Virus record (IMG/VR): IMGVR_UViG_3300011335_000743
Span: 1-34,592 of that record
Reading direction: 5' to 3' (one strand)
Length of the DNA stretch: 34,592 nt
DNA from: a virus
Lineage: Duplodnaviria > Caudoviricetes
Positions 16,551 through 26,074 of the stretch are shown here, piece by piece. Numbering within the stretch: position 1 is the first letter of the stretch; the number at the start of each line of letters is the position of its first letter. Below the pieces are notes generated by a model. It was given only the letters and a program-made list of their open reading frames with translations, was not told the DNA's origin and did not search any database. The translations under genes were made by a program, and so were the position numbers.

Positions 16551-17962
16551 TTAAGCCTACCAATATTTGAACCTGTTGGAACTAGACCGTAAGTTGTCTC
16601 TTGTGCCTTTAATGCTTTATTAGCAAGATCTTTCATGCCTCTAATCTGTTCAAGCATAATAGCGTCAGATTTAAAAATAGAAGGTTTACTAATGTAATCC
16701 TCTAATCTTTTGGCATCATCACCCGACAACACACCTAGTTTTTTAATTTCTTTCATCTGTAATTGTGCATCTTGTACAAGTTGTTTAGCTCTAACATTTT
16801 TAGTAGTAAAAGGGATAGCTTCACCAGTGCCTTTAACCAATGTTTCCAAATCTGCTAAAGTGGCATCAAGTGTCTTTTTACCTGCCAATGTTTGACTAAA
16901 TTTTTCCTTAGCAGTCTTATCTGTAATAGTGTTTTCATACCCAGGAATAACATTAGCTTTCTGTGCAGTAGCAAGATTGACCATGGTTGCTTGATTTTTC
17001 ACTATCTCAGAATTAACAAGGTCTATCCCTTGTAATGCTTTAGCAGCAACTATTTTAGATTGGGCATTGTCTGACAATACTTTTAGCCTATTGCTAACGG
17101 CATTTAATTGCATATTGGTAAGTTGTAATGATGCCATGTCTTCGTCGCCAAATCTTTTAACAAGATCACCATACAATGATTGGTACTCTTTCTTTTGCTC
17201 TTTAAGTAGAGCATATCTTTCTTTTTGTTGAGCTAGGTCACGTGCCATAGTATTAGAAACAGTGTCCTGGAATGTTTTAGCACCTTGTGGCGATAGAGAA
17301 GATAAAAATCCAGTAATAGCTAACATTACCTTTTGACCTGTTGATGATTTTTCCCATAATGATCTGTTATCCCAGGTAAAATCTTTTTGCTTTTGATCAA
17401 TCTCAGCAACTTTTGCTTTCATCTCGTTTTCTGCATCAATTCTGGATTTCTGCAATCGAGCCTGATTAATCTCATATTGCTTCATAATCTGATCAGTAGC
17501 GTCTAATGATTTCTGAGAGGCTGCATCCTGTGCGCTAATGCCTGACTTGATTAAGTTTTGATATGAACCAGTGGGTGCAACTGGTTGAGTGACTAATTGA
17601 TTTGGCTGCATTTCACTAGGAACCGCAACACCTCCACGAGACACAACGTCTGCATCGCTGATTTGAGTTGAAGGCATTGACGCAGGCATGGCTTGTGCAG
17701 CAGGAGGTTTTAAACCTAGTGCAGCTAACTCAGACTGTGTTTTATTTTTTGCTTCTATCTCGGCAAGTTTTTGTGCTTCTTTTTGTGCGTCAATAGCAGC
17801 AATATTTTCTTGTTGACCAATAGCTTGCTTAGAAAACTTAAGCAATTCATCATCAGACAATGGTTGTCTTAATATTCCCGACGGTGTTTGAGATGCAGCA
17901 ATAAGTTCTGCTTGTCTTCTTAGTTGATCAGGACCCATGTTGATAGGCTGTGTAGGTTCCAT
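16547..17962 (-). CDS. Internal virion / ejection protein (Q/A/K-rich helical)
   Basis: Coiled-coil composition; between the pilot-like and large ejection genes. Confidence 0.6.
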   Translation of the reverse strand: MEPTQPINMGPDQLRRQAELIAASQTPSGILRQPLSDDELLKFSKQAIGQQENIAAIDAQKEAQKLAEIEAKNKTQSELAALGLKPPAAQAMPASMPSTQISDADVVSRGGVAVPSEMQPNQLVTQPVAPTGSYQNLIKSGISAQDAASQKSLDATDQIMKQYEINQARLQKSRIDAENEMKAKVAEIDQKQKDFTWDNRSLWEKSSTGQKVMLAITGFLSSLSPQGAKTFQDTVSNTMARDLAQQKERYALLKEQKKEYQSLYGDLVKRFGDEDMASLQLTNMQLNAVSNRLKVLSDNAQSKIVAAKALQGIDLVNSEIVKNQATMVNLATAQKANVIPGYENTITDKTAKEKFSQTLAGKKTLDATLADLETLVKGTGEAIPFTTKNVRAKQLVQDAQLQMKEIKKLGVLSGDDAKRLEDYISKPSIFKSDAIMLEQIRGMKDLANKALKAQETTYGLVPTGSNIGRLK

Positions 17963-17963
17963 G

Positions 17964-18821
17964 TTAACCTTTCTTCTCTAATTTTTTAGTTCTTTGGTTT
18001 AACTCAGCAATAGCAGCAAACAATGGTGCCATGCCTTGACCGTAGTTTACCATCTTACCTTCTGGACCATCAGTGACCATCTGTTTACCCAGTTTAGACT
18101 TCTCAAGATCCTGTGCCATAACAGAAGTAACTTTACCCTCTGGATTTTTTTGTCCGTTATTTTCTTTATCTTTGTAATTGTATGTGTAGCTTTTAAGGGC
18201 ATCTAAAAACTCTTCAACCATTTCGGAACCAGACTTCTCTGTTTGATTCATATTTTCTTTCAATGATACGTCAGAGTTTGGAGATTGACCGCCTCCTCCT
18301 CCGCCTTGAGATGCTTGCGCCCCGCTGCCTGCTAGGCTTGCAATAAACCCTGACCTTATTTCTGAACCTCTCAACCCTGCATCTAAGTTTGACTGTGCTG
18401 CACCTAGAGCAACACCTCTTTGTGCAGCCGCCTGTCTCATTAATTGTTCACTGGCAGCCCTGATTTCTTGTTCTTTAGCAATAGCAGATTGTGCACCTAA
18501 ATCAATGCCTGCTTCTTTGCCTGCCTGCATTGCTTCCCTCTGTGCAAGCCCTGCGTTTGACATACCTCTGGCAGAAGCTGCAGACGCTAGTTGTTGCTTG
18601 GAAAGGTCTTGCATGGCTTTTTGAAATTGCATTTCAGTGACAGAAGGAGATTTTCCAGAAGCAATATCACGAAACCTTTGAAGCGCTTCTCTTTCACCTT
18701 CCTGAGCTTCTTTCGTAAGTTTAAATTGCCCCATGCCTTCAAGTTTGGTTTCTGGGTTAATACCTAAAAAAGTACCAACTCCTTGAAAACCTTTTTCTAC
18801 AAATTTTCCTGCGTCACCCAT
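17964..18821 (-). CDS. Pilot/ejection-like protein with C-terminal peptidase S74 chaperone domain
   Basis: A/Q/G-rich N-terminus, Gly linker, then SDVSLKEN...YTYNYK...VMAQDLEK...VNY...LFAAIAELNQR. Confidence 0.8.
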   Translation of the reverse strand: MGDAGKFVEKGFQGVGTFLGINPETKLEGMGQFKLTKEAQEGEREALQRFRDIASGKSPSVTEMQFQKAMQDLSKQQLASAASARGMSNAGLAQREAMQAGKEAGIDLGAQSAIAKEQEIRAASEQLMRQAAAQRGVALGAAQSNLDAGLRGSEIRSGFIASLAGSGAQASQGGGGGGQSPNSDVSLKENMNQTEKSGSEMVEEFLDALKSYTYNYKDKENNGQKNPEGKVTSVMAQDLEKSKLGKQMVTDGPEGKMVNYGQGMAPLFAAIAELNQRTKKLEKKG

Positions 18822-19162
18822 ACAATTTCCTTAGCTAATTTAATTTCTTTCTCGTCAGCTCCAACTATTTTAAACCCTTTTAACATTTGAGCAAGAAGTG
18901 CTTCATGCAATCCATTGCTATTTATTTGAACTGCACTAAGAACATATTTAATCTTTTTTGCCCACGCTATAATCTCAACCTCTTTTAATAATTTAGATCC
19001 TATACCTTTACGTCTGTGATCTTTATCAATGTACATATCATGTATATAAACATGATCGGATAACAGAGAATATGAAACAAACCCATAATCATGTTCAATA
19101 AGTTCAATGTTAGCTTTTTCTTTAATGTAGTTTGCATACTTAGTAAGACTTGTTTGGTGCAA
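18797..19162 (-). CDS. GNAT-family acetyltransferase
   Basis: YIHDMYIDKDHRRKGIGSKLL acetyl-CoA-binding motif A. Confidence 0.85.
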   Translation of the reverse strand: MHQTSLTKYANYIKEKANIELIEHDYGFVSYSLLSDHVYIHDMYIDKDHRRKGIGSKLLKEVEIIAWAKKIKYVLSAVQINSNGLHEALLAQMLKGFKIVGADEKEIKLAKEIVWVTQENL

Positions 19163-22100
19163 GTTTATACCCTCCTGCTTTAATACCTAGCTCTATTTGA
19201 ATGTTAGATAAATCATAAGATTCACCAGTGCCTGCCTGATCTGTATCAAAGATTTCAAACTTCATACTCTCAACTTTTTGACGAGGTAATGAAATTTGAA
19301 ATTGATATTGTGGTGAACTAGACGAGTTATACACTAAAGAATACTCTTCAAATACAGTATCATCATAGTCAAAATAAACTTTACACTTAAGAGTATGCAC
19401 AGACTTGTAATCACCAATAATCCATAACTGATATGCTCTAACATATCCCTGGACTAAGTTAACTTTCAACCATGGGCTAATAAACTTCATGGCATAAAAA
19501 CTTGTACCATCTTTAAAAACTGACTCCGATTCAGAGAAAATCTTATTAGATTTAATTAATGAAACAGTGTTTTTATAAGTCTCTGCATCAACACTTGTCT
19601 GGTTAGTGCTAACAGACCATACCTGAAACAAATAGTTATATGTAAGGCAGTTCATGCCAGAGGTATAAAATCTAACCTCGTTAAATTTAGGAGCAAGCAT
19701 AGAGGCAATAATTGATTCTGAGTTATAATCCTCTATCGCTGCACCTATATACGACACCTGCATTGCTCTTGATAAAAGATAAATGCCTTTCTTAGACTTA
19801 AACATTAAACCATCGGGCATACTGATCACTGATTTTGAGTCAGAACATCCAACGTCAGATTGTATGATCTCTGGTTCACTAAACCCATTAACAGGCAAGC
19901 CTGTTTCGGTAGGACCATCACCTTGTATGAAATAAATTGACTCCTCTCTAAAGACTATTAACTTACCATCCATGTAACCCAATGCAGATATTTTAGTTTT
20001 ATCTGAGTTTGTTCCAGAGGCAATTCTTATTCTAAAGAAGTCTGAGAAGAAAATTGATTCAGAGAATAGCTGCTTTTTAGAGTAAGCAACTTCATCCTTC
20101 TCTTCTAATCCTCCCAGGAATATTCTATTACCGCCCGACACCATAAATTTAGATGATGGTGCTTGGTCATTTTGTAGAATACCGCCTTGCGTGTACAGAA
20201 GCTGATTGTCTACAATGTCTGCATCCGCAGCAATATCAGTCAGTGATATTAATGAACCATCATTAGGTATGAAATATCCTGTAGACTGCAGCTTATAAAA
20301 TGTAGCCCCATTGTTAGTCGTTCTAAATAGAGTAATCATTATCCCTGAGTAATTATCAGAGTTAATTTTGAGTGATCCAAAAGGACTGTTTATAAAAATA
20401 CGAATTGATTCTGTGCTTGCAGATGTTGGTCCTATGGTCACGATCGGAGAAGCTGCAGAGAAACTTAGCTGTCCGTTAGCATCAAAATACTCGTAAATTG
20501 CAACATAAGAAAATGTCTTACTAGCAACCGCGGGGGTAGGAAACGCAGATGTCACTGTCTCAGCTATGACCGCAGGAGGTGACTGCCAGAACCCATTCTC
20601 GTAAAACCCTCTGCCATCAAACTCTAATAATGATCCAGAGTTGTAATAAATCGATGCACCTAGTTTTGCTTTCATCCCAGAGTCAGATGCTTGATTAATG
20701 AAAGTTCTTTTTGTACCTATAAAATTTAATGGCGCTTCAGTAACTTCTCTTACGGCAACAGTATAAACTGAAGGGTAGAATATTGATGATATTGATGCAG
20801 TTACCTGTGGGCTATTTGACACCTGAAAATTAGGCAATGTAAAAAGATCCTGCGCATAGGTAGCGTTTATTGAAAACTTTTGCTTTACATACCCAGTCAA
20901 AAACTCAACCACGTAACCATTATTTTGATTTTCTTCCTGTAAGTGAATAACCCCGTAAGGAATTGAGTTAATAAATATAGGTTTTGATAAAATCTTAGGT
21001 CTATAAATTAGCTTAGTGTTATCTGGAATTGCAGAAGTTGTATAGCTAACCCTGTTCATCTCTACTGCTACAGCTTTTTTAGTCACAAACCCAGGATAAG
21101 GTTCTTCTAATGCTTCTGAGATAACATAAGCATAGCTTGCATCACATATTAATGAAACTTTCCTTTGCTTTACTATGTCGGAAACAGTTTTACGTGCCAT
21201 CACAAGAGTAAATGAAGTGTCAAAAGAGACTAATGATGTTTGTCCTGCAGTAGCACCATTGCCGTCTATATAGGCTAAAACAACGTGGTTAGCAGTAGCA
21301 TATAGATCAATACCGCAAGGTGACCCAGAGACAAGATAATTACCGCCCACTAAAGTATAAGATCCAGTCAAAGTAGGAGTGGTTCCGCCTGCTAACGTAA
21401 ACTTATAAAGCGCAACACTTGCAGTAGAGATAGTGGCTACATAAATTGTAGATCCATTCCTATATGCACAAAATCCTGCGTTATCAAAATTTAGTACACC
21501 TATTACTGCAGTAGACGTTAGTGTCAAATCCTTGTCGTATATATTGACCTGGAAACCATTACCGCCTGCAGCGGATTGTGGAACGAATACAAAAAATGAT
21601 GGATTGGTAGAAGTTCCTACAACAAATACCCTAGCATTGTTTCGCTTTGCTATTGCGCTAGATATAAAAATGGCTAATGATTTTTCTTTTCTAGTATTGG
21701 AAACATAATCTTCATAAATTAATGATGCTTGATAAGGTTCCGCAGTAGGGTCACCCACTTTATAGCATATAGATGCAAACACATTATTTTGAAAGTCTGC
21801 ATCTGGACCAATCTCTTGAAATGAGCTCTTAGAAAAAAACTCCGAATCAACACTAATGGCATTTTTAAAGTCAGAGATTTTCTTCCAAGCATTTTCCTGG
21901 TTGAATAACGTATAAACACCATCAGAAGTTACAGCTGCAATCTTATCTTCATCTGAAGCGATAGCACTGACTGTGTATAATGAAAGGTTTCCTCCATTAA
22001 TTGAGTCGGATAATTGAACAAACCCATAACGCTTAGATAGCTTTCCAGTCTTTTGGAAACGCACGTTTTGGAGCAGTAATGCTCTGCCTGCCATAACTTG

Positions 22101-22181
22101 CTTACTATCTGTTTTGGTGTCCATTCCTTCAGATATTGGAATAGAAACAGTTTGCCTCTGTAGTGCCATTAAAATATCCAA
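19140..22181 (-). CDS. Tail nozzle / tail tubular protein B-like; start probably MALQRQ at 22169
   Basis: About 1010 aa beta-rich; GMDTKTD...NVRFQKTGKLSKRYG N-terminus; follows the adaptor. Confidence 0.75.
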   Translation of the reverse strand: MDILMALQRQTVSIPISEGMDTKTDSKQVMAGRALLLQNVRFQKTGKLSKRYGFVQLSDSINGGNLSLYTVSAIASDEDKIAAVTSDGVYTLFNQENAWKKISDFKNAISVDSEFFSKSSFQEIGPDADFQNNVFASICYKVGDPTAEPYQASLIYEDYVSNTRKEKSLAIFISSAIAKRNNARVFVVGTSTNPSFFVFVPQSAAGGNGFQVNIYDKDLTLTSTAVIGVLNFDNAGFCAYRNGSTIYVATISTASVALYKFTLAGGTTPTLTGSYTLVGGNYLVSGSPCGIDLYATANHVVLAYIDGNGATAGQTSLVSFDTSFTLVMARKTVSDIVKQRKVSLICDASYAYVISEALEEPYPGFVTKKAVAVEMNRVSYTTSAIPDNTKLIYRPKILSKPIFINSIPYGVIHLQEENQNNGYVVEFLTGYVKQKFSINATYAQDLFTLPNFQVSNSPQVTASISSIFYPSVYTVAVREVTEAPLNFIGTKRTFINQASDSGMKAKLGASIYYNSGSLLEFDGRGFYENGFWQSPPAVIAETVTSAFPTPAVASKTFSYVAIYEYFDANGQLSFSAASPIVTIGPTSASTESIRIFINSPFGSLKINSDNYSGIMITLFRTTNNGATFYKLQSTGYFIPNDGSLISLTDIAADADIVDNQLLYTQGGILQNDQAPSSKFMVSGGNRIFLGGLEEKDEVAYSKKQLFSESIFFSDFFRIRIASGTNSDKTKISALGYMDGKLIVFREESIYFIQGDGPTETGLPVNGFSEPEIIQSDVGCSDSKSVISMPDGLMFKSKKGIYLLSRAMQVSYIGAAIEDYNSESIIASMLAPKFNEVRFYTSGMNCLTYNYLFQVWSVSTNQTSVDAETYKNTVSLIKSNKIFSESESVFKDGTSFYAMKFISPWLKVNLVQGYVRAYQLWIIGDYKSVHTLKCKVYFDYDDTVFEEYSLVYNSSSSPQYQFQISLPRQKVESMKFEIFDTDQAGTGESYDLSNIQIELGIKAGGYKLAPNKSY

Positions 22182-22468
22182 ACCTTAATATTAACTGTAG
22201 CAGACGAGTCAAACGTAATGGTCTTATCGTCCGATGATGTTTTCCAAATGTTTGCACCTGCATCTTGGTCTAAAACTATCCAACCAAGAGGAACGCTACC
22301 TAATCCGTGGTTAATTGTAGCAGTAGACGGTGTAATTGTTGCAGTAAAAACATTCCCGACAAGGAATGGATTGTTTATAAACTGCTTATTAAACTCTTCT
22401 GTGAATTGAACTGTTTTAGAAAGATTGTACTCAAGACCTGTTAGTTTTTTATATGGTTTTAGTTCCAT
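22169..22468 (-). CDS. Small tail protein
   Basis: INHGLGSVPLGWIV motif; between adaptor and nozzle. Confidence 0.6.
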   Translation of the reverse strand: MELKPYKKLTGLEYNLSKTVQFTEEFNKQFINNPFLVGNVFTATITPSTATINHGLGSVPLGWIVLDQDAGANIWKTSSDDKTITFDSSATVNIKVWIF

Positions 22469-23136
22469 AAGTTTCTAAAGCCTGCATAGTTGGAATCAGT
22501 ATCAACCACTCTAGCAGGTTCGCCCGAATCTCTGCCTGCAGATGCAGATAGTATTCTTTGACGCATATTCTCTTTAGCAAGCAAGAGTTCTTCAACAGGT
22601 GATTCTTCTTTGACTCTCATTTTAATAGCTGCATCAATAACAACATACTCTTCATAACCATTGATGCCATTAAATGAGTCTGTGTCTAGTGTTAGCTCTT
22701 GAGGTAGTGGAATGTACCATAGCCTAATTAGCTGTGCACCGTTAGGTGTAGGAATAAACACTAAGTCATCGCCTCTTACCTGGTACATGAGATTGTAATT
22801 TCGGACGTTATAGAACGGTTCACGAAATCTATTTCTTTCCTGCCAACGAAATGCTTTTAAGGTTATTGCTTGGGTTGATGATGTTACAAAATCAACGCCC
22901 ATCAGTTTATAAAAGTCTGCAGGCAATGCGTATGTGTCTTGGTTGATACTTGTCGTGAAGTTATAGCTAAGAACGAAATAATTTTCACCACGAGAGGCAA
23001 TCAAGAGGTCGTATAGTTCTGCATTGGAAGCATTAATGTAGGTGTTTAATTCGGCATCAGTAACAAACTTAGAATTGACCATGTCAGCACGTTGTCGTGA
23101 TCTATTTCTCAGTTCTAAAAGTGTTACTGATGCCAT
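22459..23136 (-). CDS. Head-tail adaptor (tail tubular protein A-like)
   Basis: TLLELRNRSRQRADM...DAELNTYIN...YALPADFYKL pattern; position after the capsid genes. Confidence 0.75.
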   Translation of the reverse strand: MASVTLLELRNRSRQRADMVNSKFVTDAELNTYINASNAELYDLLIASRGENYFVLSYNFTTSINQDTYALPADFYKLMGVDFVTSSTQAITLKAFRWQERNRFREPFYNVRNYNLMYQVRGDDLVFIPTPNGAQLIRLWYIPLPQELTLDTDSFNGINGYEEYVVIDAAIKMRVKEESPVEELLLAKENMRQRILSASAGRDSGEPARVVDTDSNYAGFRNLWN

Positions 23137-23149
23137 AATTAATTAACCT

Positions 23150-23422
23150 TTACAAAGAAATTTCAATCTCAGGACCTTCTTCTTCCTCTTCAGGATAAAG
23201 TGATTCGGAGATTTCGTCTACTTCATGATCAAGGGCAATAAAAGCTGAGATGATCCTGTTTGGATCTTTGCTTTCAACTGCCTTTAAAAATTCCATAGCG
23301 CACATTTTAGCAGAATCAGGGTACATTGCAGGAGCAGTTGAGTAGGCTTTTTTACCTTTAACTATCCCTTCAATTAGCCCGTCCGAAATTTTCTTCTTAT
23401 CAACACCCATCATCAAAGGCAT
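23150..23422 (-). CDS. Hypothetical acidic-tailed protein
   Basis: AGGAG RBS; head module. Confidence 0.6.
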   Translation of the reverse strand: MPLMMGVDKKKISDGLIEGIVKGKKAYSTAPAMYPDSAKMCAMEFLKAVESKDPNRIISAFIALDHEVDEISESLYPEEEEEGPEIEISL

Positions 23423-23433
23423 AAAATACTCCT

Positions 23434-23826
23434 TTATTCGTCAAATGGACCGTAAGAAGATTTTCTGAACACGACAACCACGGAAACAACAGTTCCTGCA
23501 GATGGATCGGCTGCAGCTCCTGAAAAATCTAATGCTTCCATTTTAAATTTTTTGTCGGCTTTTACATCCGCCTGTAGAGCAGATGGGTTTTCTTTAATGT
23601 ATGCTTGTGCAATGTTTGGTGCAGTAGCACTTACAATACCTGCAGAAACGTGGAGAAGTCTTGACCATGAATCTTCAAATTCAAATTCATACAAACCAGT
23701 TCCTACTTTTGTAACTCCTGCAATACCGCCGCCCTTAACAATAGCAACTGCGCCCGCAGCTCCAATAACAACAGACCCAAAGAGAGTGACTGTGTCCTTC
23801 TCAAGGGTATATTGGAATTGTGACAT
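23434..23826 (-). CDS. Putative capsid decoration / minor head protein (start may be ATA at 23841)
   Basis: Directly downstream of the MCP; small G/A/V-rich beta protein. Confidence 0.6.
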   Translation of the reverse strand: MSQFQYTLEKDTVTLFGSVVIGAAGAVAIVKGGGIAGVTKVGTGLYEFEFEDSWSRLLHVSAGIVSATAPNIAQAYIKENPSALQADVKADKKFKMEALDFSGAAADPSAGTVVSVVVVFRKSSYGPFDE

Positions 23827-23860
23827 ATATCTATTTCCTATATAGTTACCCTTCCTTTTT

Positions 23861-23933
23861 TAACAAGTGTAAACTTGCTACCTTAGTTTTAACCGCTAAG
23901 TCGGTTTATCAGGGAGAGTTTTTACACTCTCCC
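23861..23933 (-). promoter_or_regulatory. Structured intergenic RNA: hairpin, H-type pseudoknot, hairpin
   Basis: GGGAGAGU/ACUCUCCC (23912-23933); AACCG-A-CUUAG-CGGUU-AAAA-CUAAG (23882-23906); UAGCAAGU/ACUUGUUA (23861-23880). Confidence 0.6.
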
Positions 23934-23943
23934 CTAGTTGTTA

Positions 23944-25155
23944 TTAGATAGTGAAAGAACCAGATGATCCTGGCCAGTATGAAACGATCTGTGCGTAGTA
24001 ACCTACTCTGATTTCAGCTGCATCATCGTTTGATACTCGAAGCATTTTAAGCCCATCCATATCTAGGATCATTGGCATACCTTCAAGAGAGTGAAGTTTC
24101 CACATATCGAGTTGAAGCATTTGCATTTTGTCATCTGGACAGTTTCTGTCTGGGATAACAGTAGCAATTGATTTACCAAGATTTACTTTTACACCTTGGA
24201 AACCAATGTTTGCATCTTTTGCAATTACATCAACAAACTGAACTTTAGAGCCAAGGGCTTTAGTAAGATCAGCATATTTTTGGAATGACATAAATACGTG
24301 ATCAACTTTACCGCCATCTCGCCCAATCTTCATTCCGCCCTGGATAAGAGCTTCTTCGATAGGAAGAGCAGAGAGGTTACCACGGAAACCTGCAAGACGA
24401 GTAACGTCTACAGAACGGTCAACACCAAACCAGTTGTCACCTGTTGTAGGAGCAACGGCAGGTAGCCATCCTGAGAGACCTTTCATTTTCTTATCGTAGT
24501 CACCTTCGATAGAGATGAAGTCGTTTACAGTAGCAGCAGGAATTGAAGTAGAGATGTTTGCGTCTACAGTTACTTGACCAAGTTCACGATCAACAGCAAC
24601 TACAGTCATAACACCTGTACGAACAGATCCACCGCCATTTGTAGCAGATAGTTTTAGTCTGTAATCAACTTCGAAGAATACAACATCTTCTGGGTTTCTT
24701 AGCTTGATAAGCTTAGAAGCGAGTGTAGTCGTAGCATCAAGTTGACCAATTACACCTGAACCGTTTCCATAAAGTGCTTGTGCAGCTGAGTTAGTAACGT
24801 TCAATTGTGCAGAATCAATTTCTTGCTTAAGAGCAGAAACGAAAGCACCAGAGTTATTCTTTGATGCAAGAATAAGTTCGTTAGTAATACGAGCGACAGC
24901 GTAGTCAGATGCTCTTGTATAACGGAAAGCAACGTTCTTTACGTTTGTAGAGTTAGACTGTGCAGTAGCGAATGTAGATGAACGTCCTGCGTTTGGAGCA
25001 TACTTTAGTGGTGCCTTAGCATCTTCACCATAAAAGTCTGTAGCTTTTGGCATAAGAGCTAGTAGAGGGTTGTCCTTATAAGTAGCATCTTTTGGTAGAC
25101 CTGAAGGGTATAGCGTCTTAAGAATAGCCGCCATGTTAATGGTAGTAGCAGTCAT
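23944..25155 (-). CDS. Major capsid protein
   Basis: 403 aa directly after the scaffold; AILKTLY...NPLLALMPK N-terminus; followed by a strong hairpin. Confidence 0.85.
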   Translation of the reverse strand: MTATTINMAAILKTLYPSGLPKDATYKDNPLLALMPKATDFYGEDAKAPLKYAPNAGRSSTFATAQSNSTNVKNVAFRYTRASDYAVARITNELILASKNNSGAFVSALKQEIDSAQLNVTNSAAQALYGNGSGVIGQLDATTTLASKLIKLRNPEDVVFFEVDYRLKLSATNGGGSVRTGVMTVVAVDRELGQVTVDANISTSIPAATVNDFISIEGDYDKKMKGLSGWLPAVAPTTGDNWFGVDRSVDVTRLAGFRGNLSALPIEEALIQGGMKIGRDGGKVDHVFMSFQKYADLTKALGSKVQFVDVIAKDANIGFQGVKVNLGKSIATVIPDRNCPDDKMQMLQLDMWKLHSLEGMPMILDMDGLKMLRVSNDDAAEIRVGYYAQIVSYWPGSSGSFTI

Positions 25156-25166
25156 GAGTGATCCTT

Positions 25167-26066
25167 TTAGAAAGATTTAAGTTGTTGTTCAAAGAGTTTT
25201 GCCGCTGCTCTCAATCTTTCTTCTTCGGTTTTCAGCTCTGGACTGTTTGCTGATGATTGCGAGAACGAGTCATCGATAGTTTTTTGCCCTGATACTAACT
25301 GGGATAGAAAATCATCTTCACCGTTACCGAGTCCGAAGATCTTCTTAACTTTATTTGATTTTGACATACCATGCACTGTTTCCTCAAGTTTTTTCTCGTA
25401 GAGTTCGCACGCCTCGTCAAATGTCATAAGTTTTGGTGCACCACGTTCTGAAGTCTTAAGATAAACTTGCTTGATAACATTAAACACTTCGTCCGCTGCT
25501 TCAAATGTTTGGATGAGGTCATACTTCTCGCCTGAGTTAGCGATATGTTTTTTTAACTCAGCATTATAATACTTAGATTGCTCTTCAATCTCAGTTTCTT
25601 TCTTCTTAGCATCCTGCTCTGCAAGTTTATCATCTAATAACTTCTTGTACTCTTCATCCTTAGAAGCAAGTTGAGTTTTTAGCTCTTTTAATTGCTTCTG
25701 AATTGGATCCATTTCCTCATCTGTTAACGATGCGAGCATTTTCTCTTGTAAGTTTTCGTAGCTAATGCCCTTCTTTTTAAAAAACTCATAAGGGTTTTCT
25801 TGGGCAAGTTTTTCCATGCCTTCCCACTCAGCTAACTTTTTTTCCTTCTCTTCAATCTCTCTCTGTCTCTGCGTCCATGACTTTTGCTTCTCAAGTAAAC
25901 CCTTCTCTTTTTTTGCCAGGATAGCTAACCTTTGAGAGAAGTCTGTGTCTTGACCAAATTGCGATGATTCTGATTTTTGTTCATTACCATCTAAATGAAT
26001 TGCATCATGTGCTGCAGGGTTGACTGCATTGGTAACAATTGAGTCTGTGATTGCTGTTGTGTCCAT
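25167..26066 (-). CDS. Capsid scaffolding protein
   Basis: E/K-rich coiled coil between portal and MCP. Confidence 0.75.
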   Translation of the reverse strand: MDTTAITDSIVTNAVNPAAHDAIHLDGNEQKSESSQFGQDTDFSQRLAILAKKEKGLLEKQKSWTQRQREIEEKEKKLAEWEGMEKLAQENPYEFFKKKGISYENLQEKMLASLTDEEMDPIQKQLKELKTQLASKDEEYKKLLDDKLAEQDAKKKETEIEEQSKYYNAELKKHIANSGEKYDLIQTFEAADEVFNVIKQVYLKTSERGAPKLMTFDEACELYEKKLEETVHGMSKSNKVKKIFGLGNGEDDFLSQLVSGQKTIDDSFSQSSANSPELKTEEERLRAAAKLFEQQLKSF

Positions 26067-26074
26067 TTTTACCT

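Noticed and set aside
9493-16895. Numerous plus-strand ORFs of 60-120 aa opposite structural genes
   Set aside because: Antisense shadows of long minus-strand genes, with no RBS or protein motifs.
23881-23906. preQ1-I riboswitch (tail AAAACUAAGG is similar)
   Set aside because: Loop and A-rich linker are too short, ligand-contacting loop residues are missing, and there are no queuosine genes; kept only as a generic pseudoknot.
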